From NCBI GenBank assembly GCA_016839555.1, contig JAEOUA010000011.1, positions 64,001-128,000 on the forward strand: a DNA stretch of 64,000 nt, written 5' to 3'. The notes beneath the pieces were generated by a model, which ran no database searches, had not been told where the DNA came from, and was given only the letters and a program-made list of their open reading frames with translations. Source of the DNA: Promethearchaeota archaeon (GTDB lineage: Archaea; Asgardarchaeota; Lokiarchaeia; Sigyniarchaeales; SOKP01). Numbering within the stretch: the stretch's first letter is position 1; every line of letters begins with the position of its first letter. The position numbers were made by a program, and so were the translations under genes. Below are positions 31,403-40,593 of this stretch, in pieces.

Positions 31403-32500
31403 TTAAAAGATCATATCTAAGGTCTTTTGGATAGTTTTTGGACGGTTTAATTCATATTGAAAATATTTTAAGGCGTTATAAAAGTTAGAAATCAAAATTT
31501 CGGTGTTCTTAGAAACTCTTTCCTTGTTTAAATTATGCTCTTTACATAATAAATAGAAGAGGCGCCTCTTATCAGGGGGATTCCAAAATATATCTTTGTC
31601 AAAAAAATCTAAGACTTCGGGTAAGAGAAATAATTTCCGAATTTTTAAAATTATTTTAGCATCAAGCTGAGAAAAATTATACTCGTCTTTTTTATGTTTA
31701 ATAATATTTTCCACATTTTCATATTGCTTTATTAGTTTCAATGCCGTCTTAGGACCAATATTTTTAATTCCTTCGAAGTAATCGGTTTTTAACAAAATTG
31801 CTAAATCAACTAGTTGAAATTGGTTTATATCCATTGTGGTTAAATTTTGCTGGAGATCAATAGCTAATGGGGTAATCTTCTGATATATCCATCGTCCCTG
31901 AATCTTCCTTCGCAAAGATTTTGAAAGGTTTTGTAATAGTTGAGGGCATCCGAACAATAAAGAATCAAAATCTTGGGAGTTGGAATAATCAGCAAAATTG
32001 TTTTTCACTATTGAAGCACATTGCGATTCGGCAGATGCCGGAGAGTCTATTACAGGAACTCCGATTGCTCTAAGTAATTCTTTTGATTCTTGGATTATAT
32101 TCGGCCATAAATATTCCTTTGAAAGGGCAATTCTTCTCGCTAATATGAAATTTTTACTATTAAGCGCATTTTTATATCGTTTTTGAGTGATACGAAAATC
32201 ATTTAATTGATTCTTGGTAATCACGCGCTTAAGTTCAGAGACCCTTCCATCGAAACAAAAGATGGGGAAAATATTTTTTGAATACAAAAATTTTACTCGA
32301 TATAACAGCCCATATAGATGGGAGATTGGTCTCTGCGTTCTATCAAGAATGAGATCGCTATGAAAAATCGTAGGGTTCTTATGACTAAAATGCAGTAAAC
32401 TCATAATAATATTGGGGGCGTCAACTGCGATGATGGAACCCTTTAATTCCGCAAGAGTTCTTTCTCTCCTCTGAATAATCGGATTTAATTTTACACCCAT
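31403..32500 (-). CDS. fen: Flap endonuclease-1 (XPG family) paralog
   Basis: MGV, IAVDA.N, SHLYGLLYR, FDG, SQDFDSLLFG, TDY..GIKNIGPKTA; C-terminal PIP box QKTLDMIF. Confidence 0.9.
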   Translation of the reverse strand: MGVKLNPIIQRRERTLAELKGSIIAVDAPNIIMSLLHFSHKNPTIFHSDLILDRTQRPISHLYGLLYRVKFLYSKNIFPIFCFDGRVSELKRVITKNQLNDFRITQKRYKNALNSKNFILARRIALSKEYLWPNIIQESKELLRAIGVPVIDSPASAESQCASIVKNNFADYSNSQDFDSLLFGCPQLLQNLSKSLRRKIQGRWIYQKITPLAIDLQQNLTTMDINQFQLVDLAILLKTDYFEGIKNIGPKTALKLIKQYENVENIIKHKKDEYNFSQLDAKIILKIRKLFLLPEVLDFFDKDIFWNPPDKRRLFYLLCKEHNLNKERVSKNTEILISNFYNALKYFQYELNRPKTIQKTLDMIF

Positions 32501-32550
32501 AATGTCATCAAATTATCCAAGCTATTAAATAAGTTATTATGAAGAGTATT

Positions 32551-32775
32551 TCAGATACGAATGCTAAAATATTCAAGACCTGTATGCACGCCACATACTA
32601 TTAGTAAAATAATAGATATAATAATTACATAAAACATATTATGGCGTCGGAATCGAGGCATCACTAATAGTCCAATGAGCCCCACAATTAAGCCCAATAA
32701 TCCGAGTATAGAGCCCAAAGCAATCAGGAATTCTACTCCCTCCATCATATCGCCAATATAATCTAATAATACCAT
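32551..32775 (-). CDS. Small two-helix membrane protein (VirB2/CedA1 pilin-like architecture)
   Basis: Two hydrophobic helices separated by the basic loop PRFRRH; has its own promoter element. Confidence 0.6.
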   Translation of the reverse strand: MVLLDYIGDMMEGVEFLIALGSILGLLGLIVGLIGLLVMPRFRRHNMFYVIIISIILLIVCGVHTGLEYFSIRI

Positions 32776-32842
32776 AATGAATCTATTTAATGAAATTATT
32801 TAAATAAAAAATCTTGACAGAATTAGAAAAAAGAAACTATCC

Positions 32843-33064
32843 TTATATTCCCCACAATTCTTTCATGATGCTAATAATCATCATAATATTATTAATGGAA
32901 AGGATGGATTCATCCTTATAGTACTCAAAATCAGCTTTTTCAAACTCATTGTGGCAATGTGGACACTCAAAGGTATCGCCATAATCTATAATTTTAGTCA
33001 TACCGCAATAGGGGCAGTGATATTGTTTCTTTGGTTTTTCATTTAGGTGATTAAATAGTTCCAT
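32843..33064 (-). CDS. Small zinc-ribbon protein
   Basis: CPYC...CPHC. Confidence 0.7.
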   Translation of the reverse strand: MELFNHLNEKPKKQYHCPYCGMTKIIDYGDTFECPHCHNEFEKADFEYYKDESILSINNIMMIISIMKELWGI

Positions 33065-33191
33065 CTGATCTTGTATATGACCAATCCTATTTAAACAAAA
33101 AGATTACAATCTCATTAAAATGTGAAACTATTTTTTCTTTAAATAAAAAGGCAAGATATTGTGCTTAACTAAATAAATTACCTTCTAAACT

Positions 33192-33509
33192 ATGAGAGAA
33201 TTGGAAGAAATTGGAGATTGCCCCCAATGCGGGTGCACGTTGATGATGTATAAAACTTCCAACTATAAGCGATTCGTAAAGTGCGAGGTATGTGGGAACT
33301 CCTATCCTGTACCTAAGAGTGGAAGCATTCATTCCTCAGCACTGTTATGTCCCCTCCGCAAATATCCGATATTGATCATTCAAAAAGAAAATTCCAAAGC
33401 GTATTTCTGGACGGATCGACCATGTTTCAGCTGTACGCATTATGATAAATGCCAAGAAGTTACATCATTAATCCAAGAATTTAGTCAATTAGAGGTGTAT
33501 GGCTATTAA
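33192..33509 (+). CDS. Zinc-ribbon protein resembling topoisomerase I C4 fingers
   Basis: IGDCPQCG.TL...KRFVKCEVCG, CP...CFSC...C. Confidence 0.7.
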   Translation: MRELEEIGDCPQCGCTLMMYKTSNYKRFVKCEVCGNSYPVPKSGSIHSSALLCPLRKYPILIIQKENSKAYFWTDRPCFSCTHYDKCQEVTSLIQEFSQLEVYGY

Positions 33510-34623
33510 TACCAAGAAATATATACATAAAAAATTTGGCTATATTATCCTTTTATTCGTCTGCTTGATGGGGGTCATTGTGATCGGTATTACATTAAAT
33601 GCTCATCATAAAGACCAATATGATAATGAATATGTTTATTCTTATATCTTGCATCAAATGCTTTTTCAAAAGGAAGAGATATCTTCCCCTGTACATAGCT
33701 CGATTCAAAGCAGTGAATATACTGACATGTTAGTGGATAAGGTATATACCTTTCTAGAGGGACACTATATATTGAATATTTCAGATCTCTATCTTATTAA
33801 AGGTTTTCGGTATTCTATTAGACTTGCAATAGTAACTGATAATCACCAATGCAATATGGAAATTAATCTTACGGATCCTATTGGGTGGTCTTACTATATT
33901 TTTGCTACAGATGGAAACAAGTTAACCTTTAATGAGTATCGGGAAATTCCCTATGGTGCGGCAAGAACGGGAAATCACACCCTTTATTTTGAGAAATTAG
34001 ACGGTCCCAATCTCAATATCCATATCCAAGTGATCAATGAAGGATTATGTTATGAGCTCTTTGATCCAGGGGAGAATATCTATTGGATAGATCTTATCCC
34101 GATTTCGCGACCAGAACCCCCTTCCGCAGGCATCAATTATCAAAAATATCTTTATTTATTACCACAACGAATGTATAGCATCCATATTTCGAGAGTGTCC
34201 GCAGTGCGCGCCGATTATTCCAATAAAATATATGTAGATCATAATGTGGTAGATCCTTCGGAGGATCATATTTCCTTTCCTATTTATACTCATAAACTTA
34301 TGAATGGGCTCTTTGAAGAAGATCAATATCACTTTGGCACGGCGATTCAAGGTACCTACCTGTTTAATTTTACTTTTTACCCTGATATGGAATATACCAA
34401 TATCTTACTCTTTGTGGTGGATGAGGGACAAATTGCTACTGGACAAAAGCCTCTTCCGTTTAATATTAGCTATTTGTTATCACTCGATCTCGAAGCTCCT
34501 GAGATCGTTCCCTCGGTATCTATGCCATTTGAGGCGCAATTGGGGCTCGGAATTGGAATCGGCTCTTTAATTATCATTGGACTTTCCATCGCGTTTTATA
34601 CGAAGCATAAATCGAATTTGTGA
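33499..34623 (+). CDS. Secreted/surface protein with N-terminal signal-anchor and C-terminal TM helix
   Basis: Hydrophobic N-terminus, beta-rich body, C-terminal TM followed by a basic tail. Confidence 0.7.
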   Translation: MAINTKKYIHKKFGYIILLFVCLMGVIVIGITLNAHHKDQYDNEYVYSYILHQMLFQKEEISSPVHSSIQSSEYTDMLVDKVYTFLEGHYILNISDLYLIKGFRYSIRLAIVTDNHQCNMEINLTDPIGWSYYIFATDGNKLTFNEYREIPYGAARTGNHTLYFEKLDGPNLNIHIQVINEGLCYELFDPGENIYWIDLIPISRPEPPSAGINYQKYLYLLPQRMYSIHISRVSAVRADYSNKIYVDHNVVDPSEDHISFPIYTHKLMNGLFEEDQYHFGTAIQGTYLFNFTFYPDMEYTNILLFVVDEGQIATGQKPLPFNISYLLSLDLEAPEIVPSVSMPFEAQLGLGIGIGSLIIIGLSIAFYTKHKSNL

Positions 34624-34741
34624 TCCTTTTCACTTTTCTTTTTTTAATATCTTATTTTTTTTCAAAATTTGGTATAAAAGATACTAACGACGGAATATCG
34701 ACATAAATATTAAAAACTAGAAAATCATAATACCCTCTATA

Positions 34742-35188
34742 TTGTTAAAGCTAGATATTTTTTTCATCCCTATGGAAAAACCATCATCTTATTACGATTG
34801 GCAATTGAGTTATCAAGAAAATCCCTCCGATAGCTTAAATAGGAAAATAAAGGATATTTTAAACAAATATTCGGACAGAAAAACTCTCTATAAAACAGCT
34901 TCCATTTCGAATTCCTTATTTAATATAGAAAAACTTGATTTTGAGGGAGGGATTTTAGAATGTTCTATAAAAGCAGAAGATCAAAATAAGCTTAAAATTA
35001 TTATTGATACTAAAAAGCGGATAATCTCTCATAAGTGCAGAGAATTTAAAGCACTAAACAACTATCGTAAAAAATTCTGCTCTCATCTGCTTAAATTATG
35101 TTTTATTTTACAGGAAAAAGCACCAACCCAATTAATCTCTTTTTTAAAAGATATAACTACTTATGATTATAATTTTTTTCCCAAATAA
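34742..35188 (+). CDS. Stand-alone SWIM-type zinc-finger protein
   Basis: Beta strands followed by SHKC-x13-CSHLLKL (HxC...CxH variant); ATG at 34772 is a likely start. Confidence 0.7.
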   Translation: MLKLDIFFIPMEKPSSYYDWQLSYQENPSDSLNRKIKDILNKYSDRKTLYKTASISNSLFNIEKLDFEGGILECSIKAEDQNKLKIIIDTKKRIISHKCREFKALNNYRKKFCSHLLKLCFILQEKAPTQLISFLKDITTYDYNFFPK

Positions 35189-35232
35189 TATAAAATTTGT
35201 TGAAAAAAAGAATAAAAAGAACATAGATTTTA

Positions 35233-36480
35233 TTATTCTGCTTGTTTTTGCCACTCTTCTATCATAGAATTGGATACACCACTTATTTTTGAGGAAAGTT
35301 CCTTGGGATCCGCATCTAATAGATCCTCTACGCTATGAATTCCTTGTTCCTTGAGGCTTTCTAAGGTACCCTTGCCAATGCCTTTAATGTCAGTCAATTT
35401 TTTAATATTAGAGCTTTCACTTTCTTCATCTTCATCCTCTTCGTCGAAAGAATCATCATCCTCGCTTTCTTCATACACCGTTTCTATATCAAATTCCAAG
35501 CTTTTTGCTTGAGGTAAATCCACTTCTTCTGAATCGGCAACCCCTGCACTGGTAATATAAAATTCACATTCCTCAGGAGGAAGGTCAGGTGCGTCCACTA
35601 TGATCGCACGTCGTTTCAAGGAACTATTAGATGAAAAACCTTTTGTTTTAAACATTATACGAAAGTGGCATCCGTGAGCGACGATATTACCTCCTATGGC
35701 ATCATCGGCAGAAAATAATCCTTTTATTTGCACTGCCACTTGATTTGTCACTAGAATTGCGGCGTTATACATTTCAGCAATTCGTGAAAGTGCGTGGATC
35801 ATATTATTTAAGACACATTGTCGTTTCGCTAACATACCAATCCCCACATATTCTGCTCTGAGGAGCGCCATCAAGCTGTCAACGATTACAAGGCGAACAT
35901 TACGATTCTTACAGAGTGTTTCAGCCTTGAGTATCATTTGGTCTTGATGATCAGAGCTAAAGATTCTCGCATGAAATACTTTTGATAAAGCTTCCTTAGG
36001 ATCTATCTTAAATCTTTTAGCAATTCGGATTATTTTACTACGTGAAAAGGTGTTTTCAGTGTCAATATAGGCAACCGAGCCTCCTAATCCTCCTTTTTTT
36101 TTGGATAATTGGACGGTTACCGCAAGAGTATGTGCTAAATTTGTTTTTCCAGATTTAAAAGGTCCATAAACTTCTGTTACTTTACCTGTTTGCATTCCAC
36201 CTCCTAAGATACGATCTAATTCAGACGAGCCTGTAGTAAAGAACTCTGTATTTTCGTCCATTTCTGATACAGGCGTAAATTCAGTCATATTAAGCGCGTT
36301 GCGAGCATTCCAGATCAGTGTTTTGACGGTTTTTTCCCCGAGTCCTTTAATTTCCGATACAACAATTTGAGAGGACATCGCAAGCATTTCTGCGGTTGAG
36401 ATCCCATTCTCTTGGAGAAGTTTTATATGACGTGAGTTGATTCCTTTAATCTGGCTTAATTCTGCTATTTTATTATACAC
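35233..36480 (-). CDS. radA: RadA/Rad51-family recombinase paralog with an extra C-terminal HhH domain
   Basis: TTGSSELDRILGGG, GPFKSGKT, YIDTENTF, VIVDS, RAEYVG...RQ, TNQV, GGNIVAH. Confidence 0.9.
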   Translation of the reverse strand: MYNKIAELSQIKGINSRHIKLLQENGISTAEMLAMSSQIVVSEIKGLGEKTVKTLIWNARNALNMTEFTPVSEMDENTEFFTTGSSELDRILGGGMQTGKVTEVYGPFKSGKTNLAHTLAVTVQLSKKKGGLGGSVAYIDTENTFSRSKIIRIAKRFKIDPKEALSKVFHARIFSSDHQDQMILKAETLCKNRNVRLVIVDSLMALLRAEYVGIGMLAKRQCVLNNMIHALSRIAEMYNAAILVTNQVAVQIKGLFSADDAIGGNIVAHGCHFRIMFKTKGFSSNSSLKRRAIIVDAPDLPPEECEFYITSAGVADSEEVDLPQAKSLEFDIETVYEESEDDDSFDEEDEDEESESSNIKKLTDIKGIGKGTLESLKEQGIHSVEDLLDADPKELSSKISGVSNSMIEEWQKQAE

Positions 36481-36630
36481 CCCACAATTATTTCTTTTTT
36501 AAATTCTAGTTTATTATAGTTATCATTTTTTAAAGTTAGAATTATATAAAGAAAAAATTCTAAGGAATGGGTTGAGAACCTAAAAATAAAAAAACAGTTA
36601 AGATTATACAAAAAGCGATATTTTCTTCCA

Positions 36631-36649
36631 AAATCCTTTACAAGGATTT
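36631..36649. promoter_or_regulatory. Inverted repeat AAATCCTT-tac-AAGGATTT between divergent promoters
   Basis: Perfect 8-bp arms with a 3-nt spacer, just upstream of CGAAAAGG-TTTTATAA. Confidence 0.4.
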
Positions 36650-36745
36650 AGAAAAAGTCCGAAAAGGTTTTATAAAATCAATACTAATATCATTATAAAT
36701 TTCATAAAAAGGTAAAATTTAATTCATAAATTTGAGGAAATTGAG

Positions 36746-37558
36746 ATGCCAAAAATAGAACTTGATAATGGTTATAAACTTAATTATTTGGATAAAGGAA
36801 AGGGAAAAAATTTAGTATATATTCATGGATTCTTGGGAAGTTCATGGTTATATGAGGATTTTGTAGAATATTTTTCAAATAACTATAGGGTTATAGCAAT
36901 AGATCATTTAGGCCATGGAAAAAGCGATAAACCAAAATCTGAATTATATAAATTAAGGGATTTGACGCAATATGTGGAAGAAACGCTATCAAAAATAATT
37001 GGTGATGAAAAGATCATCTTACACGGGCATAGTATGGGGGGAATGATAGCCTTAATTTATGCTACTACTCCAGAGTATGCGAAACGATTAGAGGGATTGG
37101 TTCTAATGGCTACGGCACCGAAATTACAAAATCCTGGTTTAGTCAAATATATAGAAGATATTAAAGCAGACAAAATGAAAATGATAGATCGTGAGGTTGT
37201 TGAGACTATATTCGTTAATTTATGTTTCAATCGTAAATATAGAAAAAAAGATCCTGCTCTTGTTGAAGAATTTGTAAATAAGACTCTGGAAAATGAAGAA
37301 TTTGTTGGAAGACGGACTATGGTATCAATTGTAGAAGATTATAATGTTGAGGATAAAATTGATCAAATCGAAGTCCCTACTCTAATATTAACGGGAGATA
37401 AAGACATTTTCATACTACCTGAAGAATCTAAAGAAATGCATAAAAAAATTCCTAATTCAGAATTAGTTGTATTTTCTCCTAATATTGGTCATATGATTAA
37501 TTATGAGGCCAAAGACGAATATATTGAAAAAATGGAAGAGTTTCTAGCTAAAATTTAA
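36746..37558 (+). CDS. Alpha/beta hydrolase
   Basis: HGF, DHLGHGKS, GHSMGG, GDKD, GH. Confidence 0.93.
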   Translation: MPKIELDNGYKLNYLDKGKGKNLVYIHGFLGSSWLYEDFVEYFSNNYRVIAIDHLGHGKSDKPKSELYKLRDLTQYVEETLSKIIGDEKIILHGHSMGGMIALIYATTPEYAKRLEGLVLMATAPKLQNPGLVKYIEDIKADKMKMIDREVVETIFVNLCFNRKYRKKDPALVEEFVNKTLENEEFVGRRTMVSIVEDYNVEDKIDQIEVPTLILTGDKDIFILPEESKEMHKKIPNSELVVFSPNIGHMINYEAKDEYIEKMEEFLAKI

Positions 37559-37744
37559 TTTTTTTTAATTTTTTAAGAATTATTCAATTCTACTCTTTAA
37601 GAGCAAATTTATATGGAAAAAATTGATTAATTTAATTTGGTTTAAACGTGCTTTTAGTCATTTATTATTTTGCTTTCTACCAGAATTATTATCTAATAAT
37701 GATAATAGAGATTTAAGAGAAAAATTAAAAAAAAGAATTTAAAA

Positions 37745-38122
37745 TTAGTGTAATTTTACTATTTCTTCTAATTTTTTAATATATTCTTTTGGAGAAATTC
37801 CATGTAATAAGGCAGTATGCATCAATTTCATATTAATCTCATTTGAATCCATATTTTCTTTTTCTGAAATAACATTAAGAATATACTTTTTTAATGAGAA
37901 TTTTTCAGATGATTCTTTTCCAAAATATCCCCCATAGGCGATCATTAAATTTAAAATTAGTTCAATATCATCTTTAGAGAATTTATTTCTACATTTTTTA
38001 CATATGGGGATAAAGAGGAATTCTGATTGATAACCAGCTGAAAGATCTGAAATATTGGCTCGACATACCCCACATTTTAATATTTTTGAATCCTCTTTAG
38101 ATACGGCATGCATAATGATCAT
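37745..38122 (-). CDS. Small zinc-finger hypothetical protein
   Basis: CGVC...ICKKC. Confidence 0.65.
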   Translation of the reverse strand: MIIMHAVSKEDSKILKCGVCRANISDLSAGYQSEFLFIPICKKCRNKFSKDDIELILNLMIAYGGYFGKESSEKFSLKKYILNVISEKENMDSNEINMKLMHTALLHGISPKEYIKKLEEIVKLH

Positions 38123-38243
38123 TCTGAAGTAAAAATATTTAGAATTTAAACAATGGTTATATTAGTAAGAAATTGAAAATATTTAAAGAAAAATTAAAAT
38201 TATTTCAAAATAAATATAAAGAATTTTCTTTTTTGGATGAAGA

Positions 38244-38990
38244 TTAAGCTTGAAATTTGATCCCTCTTTCTGTCAAATGAATATTGAATGAGTGAGTTGT
38301 ATTATAATAATGGAAATTTAATTGCCTTTGATTTAAAAAAACATCTTTTTTTAATTCTATATTTAAGGATTGTAAATTTTCAAATAAAAGATGGTTGAAC
38401 ATAACAGTTTTTTCTTTTTTAGGATTATAAGAAACTTCATGAATTAAGATCAATAATATATTATTTCTTCCGCAAAAAAAGAGCAGTGGTAATAATACCG
38501 AATCAAAAAAATCATCTAAAATGGAAGTTGTGAGATTAATATCAGAGTATTTAGAGATTTCAAATCGAAGATGATGGGAAATATTATCTATAATTAAAAC
38601 TTTAACTTTTGGGGGTAAATCTATTTTCTTATTAGAAATCTTAATTAGAATTTCAGAAAGTTGATAATAATCTTGACAAGCCTTTTCAGGTATAACCAAA
38701 ATATGATTTTTAATATAATTAAGCTCTGCATCTCTATTTTTGTACATTTTCATTAAACGTTTCTTTGAAAAGTTTTCAGCAGCTTGTACCCATATGCAAT
38801 AGTTTTCATTTCTTTCTAATTTTATTAATAAGTATCTTAATAGTTGCATTGCATAGGTAGTTTTTCCTGTTCCTGCTTTTCCATATATATTTACGAGGGA
38901 AAATCGAGGGAATAATTTTGTAATAATTTCCCGTTGAGAAAATCGCTTATTTTGCAATATGGCATTAATTTCTTCTTCTTTTAATACCAT
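38244..38990 (-). CDS. RadB/Rad51-paralog-like RecA-fold ATPase
   Basis: NIYGKAGTGKTT, ENFSKKRL, VLIIDNIS..LR, ILIHEV; no N-terminal HhH domain. Confidence 0.75.
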   Translation of the reverse strand: MVLKEEEINAILQNKRFSQREIITKLFPRFSLVNIYGKAGTGKTTYAMQLLRYLLIKLERNENYCIWVQAAENFSKKRLMKMYKNRDAELNYIKNHILVIPEKACQDYYQLSEILIKISNKKIDLPPKVKVLIIDNISHHLRFEISKYSDINLTTSILDDFFDSVLLPLLFFCGRNNILLILIHEVSYNPKKEKTVMFNHLLFENLQSLNIELKKDVFLNQRQLNFHYYNTTHSFNIHLTERGIKFQA

Positions 38991-38992
38991 TT

Positions 38993-39352
38993 TTATTCCT
39001 CGAAAAGCTTCAATATTTTTTGCTTCTGCTGTTCAATAAGCTGCATTCTTTTTGTACGATTTTCCGATTGTTTACTGATTTTTATTTGATCGGAGACTGG
39101 ATTATTCTCAGAAAAATTAAACATTTGCTGTACCATCATAAAAGTCATAAAGTCATTAATAGATTGCGAGCTCTGATTAGTTCGATTTCCAAACAGAAAT
39201 CCCCTTGTAAACCCTCTTTTATTTTTCTTTCTAATCTTTGAAAAGAGCCAAATTGTTAAAAAAGTACCAACAATTATTAAAGCTACAATGGGACTTTTAC
39301 TAAATAACATTATTATCACTAAAAATACCATTATATAGCATAATCCTTTCAT
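38993..39352 (-). CDS. Small membrane-anchored hypothetical protein
   Basis: Two short N-terminal hydrophobic helices; GGTGA SD; 2 nt upstream of the RadB-like start. Confidence 0.65.
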   Translation of the reverse strand: MKGLCYIMVFLVIIMLFSKSPIVALIIVGTFLTIWLFSKIRKKNKRGFTRGFLFGNRTNQSSQSINDFMTFMMVQQMFNFSENNPVSDQIKISKQSENRTKRMQLIEQQKQKILKLFEE

Positions 39353-39413
39353 ATATTTTTTCTCACCATGTAAATTATTATTACCCTTTTTTGATTAAGT
39401 TTTATTATTTTCA

Positions 39414-40160
39414 TCACCACTGCCCTCTTTCTATTGTTTCTTTTATCTTGTTATTGGATTTCAAACGATTTCGATATAAATCACGTGATAATCCAGATGT
39501 ATTATGAAAAGTAATTCTGCTTTTCACCCACATAACGAATCTTTTTATTCCGATAAATAAATATTTTAAAATATAATATAAAATACCAGTAAAAATAAAA
39601 TAAAGAAATGTCAAGTAAAATGGCAAATAAAAATTAGCAAAGTATATAATTATATATATAAATCCTCCTGAAATTATAACTAAAATGATTTGATATAATG
39701 AATAGATCTTATCATCACAAAATGTCCAACCAATCATTTTAAAGTCGTGATTGGAGGGTTTTGCTCCCAATAGAAGCGAAAGAAAACAGATGCCCGCAAA
39801 TACCTTGTAAAGTAACTCTATATCAATTTTAAACATAATGCAAAACATTCCATAAGCTATATAGCTACAAAACACCAAAGGGGCTAAGGAAATTAACGCA
39901 ATCTGAAGAAAGGTCACTCTTTCTGTTGCATCGAACTGGACAAATCCAAATTGTCTCTTATAATATATCTTCATTTTCTTGGGTTTCACACCGGTTATGA
40001 TACACATAATTAGATGCGATAATTCGTGAAAGAGAATTCCAACCACACCTATAGTTTTAAAGTAGGTTTTTTGTCGGATTTTCTTTGGAATAATAAATTT
40101 TAACAAAATATTACATCCCAAAATAAATCCAAAAAGTAAAAGATCATTTAGCATAGGCAT
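39414..40160 (-). CDS. M50-like intramembrane zinc metalloprotease
   Basis: GILFHELSHL, GFV, ISLAPL, PS.HD motifs within TM segments. Confidence 0.8.
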   Translation of the reverse strand: MPMLNDLLLFGFILGCNILLKFIIPKKIRQKTYFKTIGVVGILFHELSHLIMCIITGVKPKKMKIYYKRQFGFVQFDATERVTFLQIALISLAPLVFCSYIAYGMFCIMFKIDIELLYKVFAGICFLSLLLGAKPSNHDFKMIGWTFCDDKIYSLYQIILVIISGGFIYIIIYFANFYLPFYLTFLYFIFTGILYYILKYLFIGIKRFVMWVKSRITFHNTSGLSRDLYRNRLKSNNKIKETIERGQW

Positions 40161-40593
40161 ATTACTTATCCAATATATATAAATGAAAACTCTTGTTATA
40201 GAAGAAAAAAGATTTCTTTGTTATAATAAGTTTGTTAAATAGATAGCCTTAACATTAATAAAATAAACCATTTTATAAATAACTCTGTTTTCTGCCTGTC
40301 CCTAGCATATTAGGCTTTTGTTCTCAGAATAAGGCTATACAACTGATTTCATTTTGGTAGTAATTTTTTTAAAGATTAGAATATAATTTTGATTGCAAAA
40401 TTCTTACTGAAATATATTCAGTATATATAAATATCTTGATGAACATCGCTCATAATATCAAAACTAAATTAAAAAAAGTTGAACAATTTCTAAAAATCGA
40501 TAGCTTTATAAATCAAACTCCTTCCTAATATTACTCAAGAAAAATTGAAAATAAAAGGATCAACAAAAAATAGATATATATTGTGATATAAAA

